A stretch of 64,000 nt of DNA from Octopus vulgaris (Eukaryota): contig OX597820.1 of assembly GCA_951406725.2 (NCBI GenBank), positions 26,040,001 to 26,104,000 on the forward strand, read 5' to 3'. The number at the start of each line of letters is the position of its first letter. Position 1 is the stretch's first letter. This document shows positions 50,208 to 64,000 of this stretch, piece after piece. A program made the translations under genes and the position numbers. The notes below the pieces were generated by a model that worked only from the letters and a program-made list of their open reading frames with translations, did not search any database and was not told where the DNA came from.

Positions 50208-51120
50208 CTTTTCACACTTTTGTGAGCCTAACCATCCAGCCATCCTTGATTCTACTCCTATTTCTTTATCCACTTTGTACCTTAAGGGTATGCTCTGACA
50301 CCTCTCTACTAAACTTTCTTTCTTTCCGGGATGACCATGTGTCTCCTCTACAACAAGGTACCTCTTCCTGATTCTTTGTTATACTTTTAACCTCTTAACA
50401 TCTGGCACAAAGTCACTTCCTTCAGTACTGCACTCCCCACTCTGTCAAGGGGTTTTGTCTTGAGAGATATTTGGTGATGTTACTTGTTCTGGTGCCACAA
50501 AGGTGCACCTGCTATACTCTGTGAATTGGTTGAAAATCGTAAGGGCATTCAACTGTAGAAACCATGCCCAAACAGACATGAGAGTTGAATGCAATCCTCT
50601 GGCTCGTCAGATCATGTCAAATTGTCCAGCCCTGCCAGCATACATGTGTGTGTATATATATATACACACACATACATTTATGCATAAGCTTGTCGCTGTT
50701 ATACAAGTGGCATCCTTTGTTTTTAGTCTTTCATGAAAACATGTCTGGGCAAGGAATAATATTACACAGCTTGGAAACAGGTGTAGTTTGGTGACAGGAA
50801 GGACAGCTAGGTATGGAATATCTGCCTCAACAAATGCCATTTGTCCCATACAAGCAGGGAAAAGTTGATGTTAGAACATTGATAATGATGTATGTGTATA
50901 TATACACATTGTGTTTATTTGTGTATGAGAGTTGCACCCAAAATTTAGTGCTAAATCAGTACAAAATGTTTTCCCTTCATAGTTTTAGCTTTGATACTTG
51001 TACCTCATTCTTTTTCAGTTAGAATTAGTTTAAAATAGTATGACTTGTACACAAGTAAATACAGTATGTATGGATATACATATGTGCAAACAAATGATAT
51101 GTGTGGGTGTATGTAAATAC

Positions 51121-51159
<39 letters not shown>

Positions 51160-53509
51160 CATACAGCCCTGTGTGTGTGTGTGTATATATATATTCAAGT
51201 ATGTATATATTTCATATGTGTATGTGTATTTATATTCCATGCGTATGTAGATGTAAGCATGACTATGTGGTTAACAAGTTAGCTTCACAACCGTGTTTTC
51301 TTGTTCAGGCTTTTAGACTGCATCCAGGGCAAATGTCTGCAAACATATCCCTGGCCAACCTATATGTTCTGTGTGATTTTTGTTGACAGAAACTATTGGA
51401 ATTTCATTGTATATGTATACACACACACACATATAATGTGCATGATTGAATGTGTATGAATGTTACACTTGAGTGAAAGACTGGTTTACATTCCTTGTTG
51501 ACATTTTGGCCAGTCATGATGACTTTTCAAAGACATGTAGAATAATGAATCCTTTACTTGAAGAACATGTAATGGTTGGCACTAGGAAAAGTATCAAGCC
51601 ATAACATCATGCCATAAATAAGTCCCCATCCAACCCATTCTGTTACAGTAAAGCAGATGTCTAAATGGATGAATATAGATATATTTGATATTTATGGATC
51701 TATCATAAATGCACATGTGTGTGTGTGTATGGACATATATATTATGTAGTACTTGAAAAGTAGATGCTGCTGTTGAAGCTCTTCATGATAGAGTTTAAAG
51801 ATAATTTCACATTCATTAGTCTGTGGACACAGTACACTTACACAGACTCAACTTGTTAATCATGAAAGGTCACAGCAATAGACCAATATGTAATGTTAAT
51901 ATGCACACAACTCCAGTAGCACCAACAGAGCACTATTGTCCTCTATGTAGAAGGGTATGCTCATCTACTGCTGAGCTAAAATCCATTTTAAATGGATGCC
52001 AAAGGGCAGAGTTACTGTTAGTGTGATTCCTGACCAAATTATGTGCATATTATTTTATTAAAGGCCTAGTGTTGTTATCTGTGGGTCTGTGTAAAAAAAT
52101 ATTATCAAACCTGTTACAGGCTTAGGCCTGCAATGAAGTAGTGGTTATGCTTGAAATAGGGTTGATGATTCTATTCTACTCTAGGCGCAAGGCCCAGAAT
52201 TTTTGGGGAGGGGGCCAGTCCATACATCGACCCCAGTATGCAACTGGTACTTAATTTATCGACCCTGAAAGAATGAAAAGCAAAGTCGACCTCGGCGGAA
52301 TTTGAACTCAAGAACGTAAAGACAGACGAAATAAGCATTTTGCCCAGTGTGCTAACGTTTCTGCCAGCTCACCACCTTAATAGGGTTGATGATTGTCATA
52401 GGAGTGTGTGTGTACACTACATACATTCTATGTCTGCTTTTCTGGTTGTGAATTCCTATACAGATCATACATTGCTTGTGCTTCCCATTATTTCAGGGGA
52501 TGAGGGGCAGGTATTCTACAGATGGGTACCTTTTCTATTACAAACCAGTTTTAGTGTATTGGATGCATTTATTCTTGACATTAACATTAGATGTGTTGCC
52601 TTTATCCCAGCAACACAGTCCACGTTACCCTATGTTATTTCCACTTGTTTTTTTAATCCAGTAACAGAAAGTTTCCTCAGCTCCAGCAAGATAATGTATG
52701 ATCTGTCTTTGCATTGTTCCCTTAAGTTTCTCTCTTTGTTGCCTACACAAGTGGTAGGGATCAGAGAGCCAGAGTGGGAGCATGATAGAAAAGTGAAAGA
52801 AAAACTTCAGTGTTAGGAGTGAAAGACAGGTACATGATGATTGCTGGTAAGGAGTTTGATCAGAAACAGCATCAGGTGTATTGGAAGCGACAATATGGTA
52901 AGAAGTTGATAGACAAAGGAGTGTTGAGAGAGATGGATACCAATGTTAAGTGGTAGAAGGGTAATATCATAGAGAATGGGGGTTAGGAATTAAAGTTGGT
53001 GGTGACAAGAGATTGGTGTCAATAATGAGTGATAAAGAAGGGAATAGCAATGTATCAAGTCATATGTGCATGTATGTGTGTATATATGTATAAAATACAT
53101 GCGCATTAGGGGTGTAAGTTACTCTTATGATCTGAATCCCCCCCCCCAAAAGGTAGTGATCAGGCAATGCATGGAAAAAGCATGTAAAAATATGTTGGTG
53201 CTCATACACATATATGCTCACATAGACACTTGTGTGTGTGTGTGTGTGTATACATATATATATCTATAATTAAACAATGGTTCACATTTGCGTTACTAAA
53301 AGCTTCGCACACATACACATGAGCACACATTTAAAGTACATCTGATCATTCAGACACACTTCATGAATGTGTTTGTAAGGTTACTTCTTATTGGTCCAAG
53401 TATGTTGTGAGGATGAAGTTGCTCTTGGCCCTGCAAAATGCTATGGGAGACTACCTGAGCAAGATATAAGCTGTCACTGAATATGCCTGACCAAGATATA
53501 TTCATTGAT

Positions 53510-54470
53510 AAGGAAGTCTGCTATGTGGCTGAGGAGGTAAGCAATGTCCAGATATGGTGGCAGTTGGCTAACTTTTTTAATTTTCTGTTGAAATGTACTG
53601 CAGTCTGTTTCACATCTAGAACTTTTCAGATAAGCAAAGCCTACAGTTATATAATTTATTGGAATATGGATTAACATTGTCAGTAATATTCCAAGTTATT
53701 GCTGAGTGGTAATGTCTTTGGTCACTGGATTTCCAGATCAGTTGAGACAGTGAAATGAGTTTCTCTGCTTTTTACATTTAAAGGAATGCAGCTGTTGATT
53801 GTGACATAATTTAAAGTACTTAGTTATGATCCCTGTGTAGCTTCTTTGTGTACTATTTACTGATGTTCGGTATATTATCCTTTGAAGAGGCAAGATTCCT
53901 TCAGCTGATATGTGAATTGATTTTGACAATTGCAAAATGGTTGATGGTATAGCTGTGTAGATGTATGTTTCCAATTATGAAATTTGATGATGGAAGCAGT
54001 GTTATCAAGGCAAGAATAATTAACCTTAATATTGTGTGCATTAAAGAGCTTATGATATTTCTTTCTTGGTGTAAATTGACAAATTACAAAAGAGAAGAAG
54101 AAATACTAAGCTATGTTTATAGAGACATTTAAATGATGATAGGGTTTAACCAGATTATTTTCTCCTTAATCTTGTGATTTTGAAGTGATAGTGGGGATTA
54201 TGTAAACTTGCGTCATACTGAAGCTGCTCTTGGTTAGTTCTTGGAAATTACTTTACCTGAGAAAAGGTTAGTCACCTATTTATATCAGTTATTAAATTTT
54301 TAATTACTGCTGGAATGTGGCTTGGACTTTTATGGATCTATTCTATGAGCTCAATTGTCTTGCTATAGTAAATGTGCTTATCTCCTTTGCGATCTAATGT
54401 AATATCTAGAAAGTTTGGTATCATTAGTTTTGTATTAATAATTTTATTTAAACTTTGAATATGCCTAAAA
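53510..54470 (-). mobile_element. Decayed Penelope-like element: RT C-terminus, linker and GIY-YIG endonuclease
   Basis: Broken frames in order: NFLDITL ... SHIPAVIKNL ... RKIIWLNP ... KYHKLFNAHNIKVNYSC ... ASIIKFHN ... CNCQN ... IIYRTSV..SYTG ... ITWNI..NPYSNKLYNCRLCLSEK. Confidence 0.75.
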
Positions 54471-57424
54471 GGTGCCCTCTAAAATCATCATCATTTGACA
54501 TCCACTCAGACAGTAGACCTCATTTTGTTCCAGTGTCTCAGTTTTAGCATAGTTTTTAGGCACTGTACAAAGTATATGGGTGGTTTTTATTTAGCATCAA
54601 CACTAGAGATGTGATGTAACTTGCAAGACCATCTCTGTGTGCGCATGAAGGTGCATGGTGTGATGGTTGATGTGCTGCACTCAGGATTGCAAGATTGTTG
54701 GTTTGTTTCCCAACTGGCTGTATGCTGTATTATTGAACAAAACACTTCATTTCAAGTTACTCCAGTCTACTCAGCTGGAAATGGTTAACCCTGCATTGGA
54801 CTGGTGTTCCATTTGGGGGCAATGTTGGCCTGCTTGCCTGACAAGCCAGCAGTATTGGCATCATTTAAAAGTCACAACAATGTGAGGAAGTGCATATATA
54901 TATATATATCCCCATAACTATACATACATATGTATATATACATATTAGTCCTGACAAACATGTCAGCATGAAAAAGTATATGTAAGAATGAAGATGGTGA
55001 TATACACACACTCTTAGTAAAAAGTTAACCTGTCAGTTTCGATGATGAGTTTTCAATTAGATGAGCTGAAACCTACTCATTGAATTAAGTCTTAAGTGCC
55101 TGAGTATTCCACAGACACAGGTAGTCTTAATGTAATTCCCTAGTAGAATCAGCATGACATGGTGTATGACAAGGCCGGAACTTTGAATGCTAGTAGAATC
55201 CATCCAGTGGACTTCCACACAGTTTTTGTCTACTGAGTTTTACTCACAAAAGCTGTGGTTGAACCAAGATACTTGGCCAAGATGCTACACCAAATGTGGG
55301 ACCTTGTGATGCCCTGCTTCTCATGTTCGAGGAAGACCATCACCATCATCATTTAATGTTCACTTTTCCATGCTTGTATGGGTTGGATGGAGTTGTTTTG
55401 AATGATTGAAAAAGAAAATGAATGCAAGTAATACGTGTGCAGAACCTTAGATCCAATAAAGCTTATACACATACACTTTACCTATGTGTATATATATATA
55501 TATATATACACACACTTTTACTTGTTCCAGTCATTTCACTGCAGGCATGCTGGAGCACTACCTTTAGTCGAACAATTTGACCCTGGGACTTATCTTTGTC
55601 TCTTTTGCCGACACCACTAAGTTATGGCAACGTAAACACCAACATTGGTTGTCAAGTGATGATGGAGGTGGGTGGGGGTAGAAACACAGACACACAAATA
55701 CACACACACATATATATAATGGGCTTCTTTCAGTTTCCATCTGGTCGGCCCGAGGCTATAGTAGGTGCCACACAGTGAGACTGAATTTGGAACCTTGCGG
55801 TTCTTACCACACAGCCACATCTGCACCTATACATACACAGGCACAAACACATACATGTGTACAAAAATAGACATATATTTATTATTCTTTAACAAGAATA
55901 TTATTGATGTGATTTCGAAGCTTCTGACAATTATGCCATCATTGGACTGGCCGAAACCTCAAAGTCACTATTGATAATATTCTTGCTTAAGAATAGTAAA
56001 TTTGTACTCTACAAAAGTATAGGTTAACAAATTAGTTTTATTATAACTGAAAATAAAACAAACATTAACATATATATATATACACACACACTCACACATA
56101 CATATATACATTCTCAATGTTTTAATGTTTGATTCTTCATGCTTGAGTCAGATTTCAGTTACTGGATTGAATGTCCTTCTTGTTGCTAACTTATGCCTGT
56201 TTCCAAGAAAAGTAATATTTCCTCTTGATCCAGCATGTTTCCCTGGAGAATTGGAAATGAATGGCACCACTTGTATGATGATGACACTCATCTGCAACTA
56301 TTGTACAATGTCAAGACAAGGAGACCCACACATACACACATGATGGGATTCTTTCAGTTTCCAAATCCACTCGCAAGGCTTTTGTTGAGCTGGTGCTATA
56401 GTAGAAAACACTTGCCCAAGGTATCTGAAAGTGGGATTGAAACTGAAACCTTGTAGTTGGGAAGTGAACTTCTTAATCACACAGCCAAGCTTGCTTGATG
56501 AGGCTGGGGTCATCCCGGGTTAGTGGTCCCAGAGACATCATTATGTGTAGCGCTGACCAAGTCCATCAGTGCTCTCCATTACTGATGGTGTGTGTGTGTG
56601 TAAACACATGCACATACGAGGAGCATTGAGCCACAGAAACTATGCTAAAGTAGACATTGGATCTCGTCAGATCCTGTCAAATCGTCCAGTCCATGGAAGA
56701 ATAGAAGACAAACATTAAAACATGAAATGATGACGACTAGTCTACGCTACATATATATATATATCATCATCATCATCGTTTAACGTCCATTTTCCACGCT
56801 AATAAAGCTAACAATGAATTTGGAAACTGAAAGAATCCCATCGTGTATGTATGTGTGGGTTTCCTTGTCTTGATATTGCACAATAGTTGTAGATGAGTGT
56901 CATCATCATACAAGCTATCAAACTTTCTGTTGTATAAATGCAACCTAGTCACTGATAACAGTCATGCAGTTGTAGTGAAACTGTGTCAGGTTGCAGTTCT
57001 GCAACAGAATGTTGACACCTAATGAATGTAAATTTAAAGGGAATTTCACAGTTTTGTGTGTGGTTGCTTCTCTTTTAATACATTGTCTCGAATCAACATG
57101 CTAGAGAAGTACATCTTTGAAATATATATCATCATTGTTATTATTTAACGCCAATTCTCCATGCTAGCATGGGTTGGATGGTTCCACAGGAACTGGCAGG
57201 TCAGAAGATTCCACCAATCCCTGCTGCCTACTTTGGCATGGTTTCTACTGCTGGATGTTCTTCCTAACATGCACTTATGCTTGCATGTGTCTTCATTTTT
57301 TAATTTTTGTGTGTATATATGTATCTATCTTTATACACACACACACACTGTGTAATGGTGTTAGGACAGACATCCAGTTGTGGAAACCATGTCAAAGCTG
57401 ACATTAGAACATGGTATAGTGAGG

Positions 57425-58410
57425 AAATGACTCCATGTCAAGATCAGCTGGTTCTCATTCATGTTGTCCATCATGCTCAGAATAGCAGCTTTCAACAAGT
57501 CCTTGATATTGTGGGGGCTGTCATTTAATCTCACTCTCTCTCTTGAGGATGTCCAAGATGTACTATCTGAGCATTTTGAATTGGGAATTCTAGAAGACTC
57601 CTTTGAAAATTCTTGGTCAGCCACTTTTGGGTTGTGAAGGTTATTTGAGAAGAAACTGAGTCCTGGTGGAATATATATAGCCTTCTTGTGCCACCTTTTC
57701 AATCCAAAACTTGACCACCATGTATAGCAGCTCTATATAAGCAATGCCATTAATCATGAAGCTCTCCAGGAAGAAATCAGGCAGTGTGACATGGTCTGCA
57801 TAGTGCTCTGAGCCCAGGATTATTAGATATGATGGCATCTAAATGTACAATTTAATGATACCTTTTGGCCATCTGGCCCTGGATGATGTTTTTCTCATTT
57901 GCAGTACATCCAGAGCATAAATGGATTTCTTTGGCTGCTTGAGTTTGTTTGCACAATTTTCTCAGGACTTTCCATATATGAACTGCTCTGTCCTCAGCAT
58001 TTAAAACTTGATGTCTCTCTGCTTGATATGTCTTGTATAAGTCTTTGTAATCTTGAGCTGCTCATTAATAGCTCTTCTCAACTAAATGGAGTTATCCTTG
58101 ATGATGTTCTAGAATTGCTGTCTTTATGGCGTCTAACTACTGAAAGTATGTCTTTCTTATGACCATGGGTGACATATAGCCGCTATATCCCCCTAGCTCT
58201 TTCCTGATATTGAATATGGAGGAACGAACTGGCTATGTTCCAGAAACTAGTGATCTCTATGTAACCGTGGCTGGTTGCTAGATACAGGAGTATGACATGC
58301 GCTTTTCATTTGCCATGTCAGATAGGAATCTTGCCATATGATGTCAATTACATTAGGTCATCATCGTCCACTTTTGGCCTGCTCAGCTTGTGTTCTATTA
58401 TGAACGGCAC
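57425..58410 (-). mobile_element. Decayed Tc1/mariner (maT/DD37D-like) transposase
   Basis: EITSFWNIASSFLH..RKEL (HTH region), HVTLPDFF...AYIELLYMVVKFWIEKV, YIFHQDSVSS..TTQKWLTKNF, HNIKDLLKAAILSMMDNMNENQLILTWSHF; multiple frameshifts. Confidence 0.8.
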
Positions 58411-58465
58411 ACGCTATATATATGTGTGTGTATGTACATGTATGTTAATGGATGGATATAATATG

Positions 58466-58530
<65 letters not shown>

Positions 58531-59145
58531 TATGTGTGTTGATATGTATGTTTGTATATGTATAAATGAATGTATGTAACTTGTATTATATCGGTAACGT
58601 TTCTTTTAAACATCTTAGACTTGAAAGACGGTTGTTTTCTCTCTTGTTAGGGATTTCATTAACTTAGCAAAACGCTTGCATCACTCACCATCACTGGATT
58701 ATAATGATATTCAATAATAATAATAATAATGATTTCTTTATTAACCACAAGGGTTTCGTATACTACAAGAACCAGTTTTCTAACCATTAGGCTTTCAATA
58801 TATTCTGTATACCGTCATTGTGTATTGAAGTTCGTATTTTCGTTACAACCAATAGAAAGTACTAAGAAAAGTGAAGGCACACATTTCCAACGAAGGTACT
58901 TGTAGTAGAAGTAGTGAATACACATACAATACACGTACGCAACTATAAACAACATTGTGTATTTGAATTAATATGCCTTGTACGCGTGTACTCGCACACA
59001 AACGTATATATGAATTACACACACATTCATAAATTACATGTATATGTATGTATAAATTATATTTATTATAGGCCTGAAATTATATGTATTTAATATATAG
59101 TTGACAACATATAATATATAGTTGACTATATATATATAATATATT

Positions 59146-59210
<65 letters not shown>

Positions 59211-60396
59211 GCTCTTTCTTTCTCTCTCTTTATATATATATATTGAAAGGGAGAGATTGGTTGTGGGTATGTATATAGACAACCGGCTTTAGTGTGTGTG
59301 TGTGTGTATATATATATGTATATAATGCATGCCCATGGTATGATGTCCATAATCTTTTTACCTCTACGACCCAGGAGGCATAATCGTTGTGTTATGAGTC
59401 AGTCTGACGGACGAAAGACGTGTGGGATTGAGCTGAGAATATAGACATTATCTTCATCAGCACTCGCGTGTGTGTGTGTGTATTTGTGTGTGTACACGTA
59501 TACGTACGACTGATACCTGCACATATTACACAGCTCGTGTATTCACTGACACACATACATACTCTTTCATATTTCACACCCCCAACTTATATATATATAT
59601 ATATATATAGCAACTGAAATGTTGCGTGTGTATGTATGTATGTATATGTGATTTACACAGGGTATGACGCATCGAATTTATTGGTCGTGGTGGTGGTGGA
59701 AGGCGGGAGGTCGTGACAACTATGCATTTCACTAGGACTGGTTGATAGCGAGTCTAACCAGGAATTGAAAACAGATCACGATACTCCTTTTCCACCAAAT
59801 ATATATTAGCACAAATATTTGGTTATAATGTTCCAGCACGCTTACATACATCCCTGTGTGTGTGTGTATTTATGTATATGATATGCATATATATATATTT
59901 TTAACCATGTATTATAAGCATAAGCGTCACATGAGAACAATCTTGTTACGCCGACACAACTGCCCACGTTACGCATACACCTTTATATACGCATGTCTCT
60001 CATCACTATGAAATATATACATGTATATATACATCTATATACATGTGTCAATATTTATGTATACATCTATGTAGAGATATATAAATAAGTGTGTGTATAT
60101 AAACTGGAACAAACGAATACAATGCACGAATGTCGTTAAATATTTAAGTGAAAGAAACAACAATACGTCAGATATGAATTTTTAATAAGGTTTCTTATGT
60201 ATAAAACATGTAATTGTATATAAAAGAAATATTTATCTTTCAAGGCCCCTACTGTGTTTGACATGCACCGTACCCTAAGAATGCTCATTTTAGGAATTAC
60301 GTACATGCAGCGGTTTCTTGTTTCGTCGCCTCGAACAAGAATCTGATTGAATCACTCACAAGACTGGATCACGCTATACTATCCTTGTTAAACACA

Positions 60397-60398
60397 AT

Positions 60399-60441
<43 letters not shown>

Positions 60442-60562
60442 ATGTATGTGTATATATGTATGTGTGTATGTATCTATGTATGTGTGTGTGTATGTATATA
60501 TATGTGTATGTATCTATGTATGTGTATATATATATATATCTATGTATGTGTATGTATGTATG

Positions 60563-60614
<52 letters not shown>

Positions 60615-60925
60615 AGTGTATGTATGTGTATATATTATATATATATATGTATGTATGTATAGTGTATGTATGTATGTATATATGTATAGTGTATGTATGT
60701 GTATATGTATGTGTATGTATCTATGTATGTGTGTATATATATATATATATGTGTATATATCTATGTATGTGTATGTATGTATGTGTATATATATATATGT
60801 ATGTATATATATGTATAGTGTATGTATGTATGTATATATATATGTATGTATGTATGTATGTATATATATATATGTATGTATGTATATATATATATATGTA
60901 TAGTGTATGTATGTATGTATGTATA
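60397..60925. repeat. Compound (TA)/(TG)/(TATG) microsatellite
   Basis: Direct inspection. Confidence 0.95.
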
Positions 60926-61306
60926 GAGTTGCAGGAACAATGAATTTGTATGGATGCTTGTTTTGTATTTCATGTGTGTTTGTGTCTGAGTTGTTTCAGT
61001 CAGTGGGCTGCAGCCATACCAGGGCACAGCCGTGAATCGTTAGCCAAACGAATCCCCCCCCCCCCCCAGTATTTTAAAATTTTAGTGCTTATTCCATCGG
61101 TCTCATAAGCCGAGCCGCTAAGTTATGGGGGCATAATAAGCAAGCCAACACCGGTTGTCAAGCAGTGGTGGGGAACATATACAGACACACGCACACACGA
61201 CGGGCTTCTTTTAGCCTCCGTCTACCAAATACATTCAGAAAGTTTTGGCCAACCCGGGGTTGTAGTAGAAGGTACTTGCCCAACAGTCACGCCTGTATGT
61301 ATGTAT

Positions 61307-61340
<34 letters not shown>

Positions 61341-61459
61341 GGTTCTCTGTTTCGTTGCTGGTGGGATCACCAAAGAAAAAATAATAATGAATAGAAGTAT
61401 TGTATCCAGTGAGAGATAATACAATTTAATATATGAGTTACTAACAGTTTTCGAAGGAC

Positions 61460-61968
<509 letters not shown>

Positions 61969-63904
61969 TTCGTCTGCAGGTCTGTTCTGCGATGCTAGCC
62001 AGCACCACCAGCTCTATGTACACGTTACAGCTATTTTGTTGTACGCTAGTATGGCGCACACAAGATAAATATATGTTTAAACTAGCTTGCATTCCCCCCT
62101 CCTCCTGTTTCTCTTTTTAATATGCCAACGTGCATCTCTTTCGTTTATCAATCTATCATCTATACACTCAACTCTCTCTCTCTCTCTCTCTCTCTCTTAT
62201 TCTCCTTTGTTTCCTTATCTTCACATAGATGTAGATAGAATTATCCGTCTCTCTCTCAGCCTACATTTTGCGACGTGAATTGTATTGAAATGCACTAACG
62301 CTTTATTTATTATTATTATTATTATTACTACTACTATTTTTACTTTGGAAGAAAATAAGGAGTGTTAAAATAACTTCCAAAGAAATAAAAAGATGTGTTT
62401 TTGTATATTTCTCACGAAACAGTGGAGAAATCTGAAATATAAAAGAGCAGATTATAAAAGAAACCTTGACTTGAACAAATTAGGTTTGTTATGATAATAC
62501 ATATGCTAAAAAGAAACTAATTTTTTGCGCGCATGTGAATTTCCCTTTCTTTCTCTGTATACATATGGTTAGATACGTGTGTTTATGTGTCTGTGTATGT
62601 CTATGTGGTTAGTATATGTATACACGCAGGACAAACAGTCGATCTATTTTCGTTGGTGTATATAAACAGTTTAGAACTGTACTTTTCTGAGTCTGTATCG
62701 CAAGGCTGAAAATACAAAATTCTGTATACGCTGTGTGCGCCCGTGTCCGTGTGTCTGTAAATGTTAAAACTGTTTATGCTGACTGCATCAACTCGTTCAT
62801 TTTGTTGTCATGTGGAATTTTGATGGCTGGTTATGATGCAAGGCTTGGATGGCTAAAACATGATAGGGTCTTTGTAATAATTTCAGATGGCGATTTGTTT
62901 TAATTCTGGATTATATCGAGGTTAAATTTACAATTTTTCATTGCTGTATTTAGGCACAGAGATCTCCTGATTCAAAAGATCTTTAATAACCTGAAGACAT
63001 CCCAGGTGTGATCATTTTCAAGATAGTATGGTTTGAGGGGGGGGAGTGTGGCTGCTATTTCTAGCACGTCGTGTGACTGACTACAGAGGCGCTTGTTCCT
63101 TCGTTGGTCGTTGTCTCTCGCTCATTTCAAATAGATGATAACTGAATAATATATGTCCGTGTCGCGTGTATATGCGAAAATAGATGACAAACGGATATTT
63201 ATTTTGTCGTTACTAAGGTGGGGGAAGGAAATATGTGAGTTTATTAAAAGAAATTTCAGTTTTTAAAAATGAAAAAAAATTGTGAACCTCTATTAAAATG
63301 TCGCCTTACTATTCCATAATTTTAGAAAAACCAAAACAAAACAAAGTATTTTAACAAATTATTCATTTTAGAGCAACGGCGCACTTTCTCACCAGCACCA
63401 CAATCACAGTGCACATGCACTCATTCACATTGTGTGTGTGTGTGTGAGAGTTTGTGTTTTCTAGGAGTGACTCTTGGTACTTAAGCAGAGCATGCAGTTT
63501 TAAAAATCAGTCATTTAATTGAAGCAGGGCTACATGTAACATGTATCGACCCTTTTTTCGAGCTATCTCTCATAATAACAGTTTATATTAAAATGGTATT
63601 TATTATGTGCATTTATTTGAAGTATACAGTGCCTACATTGCACTCATGTCTAAACACTTTATACATACATATTAACACACGGCCACATATATACATACAC
63701 TCTGCTGCTCCCCCCCCCCACACATTTTATTCGATTGCCGTTTCTGATCCTGTTTTTAATTTATTTCAGCTATAATAGTAGTAATATTTTTTTATTCGCT
63801 TCGATGGCCACAAAACGAATCACAATACAGTTCCGTGTAAATAAAGCACCATATCCACACGCACACATTCCAATGTGTGTGTGTGTGTGGTGTAATATGT
63901 GTTT

Positions 63905-63936
<32 letters not shown>

Positions 63937-64000
63937 CAGTCAATACAAGTAAATAATAATACTAATAATAAATTGGTAAAGGCGATGTTGGGGGTTGTGT

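Noticed and set aside
51810-52010. Two degenerate C2H2-like motifs (CGHSTLTQTQLVNHERS; CPLCRRVCSSTAELKS)
   Set aside because: Interrupted by a stop and frameshift, missing ligands, no TGEKP linkers or splice sites; more likely a decayed LINE C-terminus than a ZNF gene.
59390-59420. ATGA-GTC...GAC-GAAA, a hammerhead-like stem II
   Set aside because: The upstream core reads GTTATGA instead of CTGANGA, and there is no stem I/III or NUH site.

Overview
AT-rich, intron-rich animal genomic DNA, dense in SINEs, MITEs and (TA)n/(CA)n/(TATG)n microsatellites. The repeat repertoire looks like a coleoid cephalopod (Octopus-like); this is an inference, not a database result. Nearly all entries in the ORF track are repeat artefacts. 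Main content: (1) a complete mucolipin/TRPML channel gene on the + strand, with 13 coding exons (3936-33817, 588 aa when spliced) and a ~2.7 kb repeat-poor 3' UTR; (2) the first coding exon of an Additional-sex-combs-like (ASXL/Asx) gene at 47849-47923, absent from the ORF track and preceded by three upstream AUGs; (3) many transposon remnants (piggyBac-type TTAA MITEs, several tRNA-SINE families, and RTE, CR1/L2, CRE, Penelope, Tc1/mariner and Helitron-like fragments). Most notable: a TSD-flanked element with a ~349-bp period that carries a minimal type I hammerhead ribozyme (retrozyme/Penelope-pLTR-like) in TRPML intron 6; a second hammerhead motif downstream of the gene; and a last-intron donor whose read-through gives a TRPML3-like 'CCKK*' end, whereas splicing gives a TRPML1-like acidic-dileucine tail.
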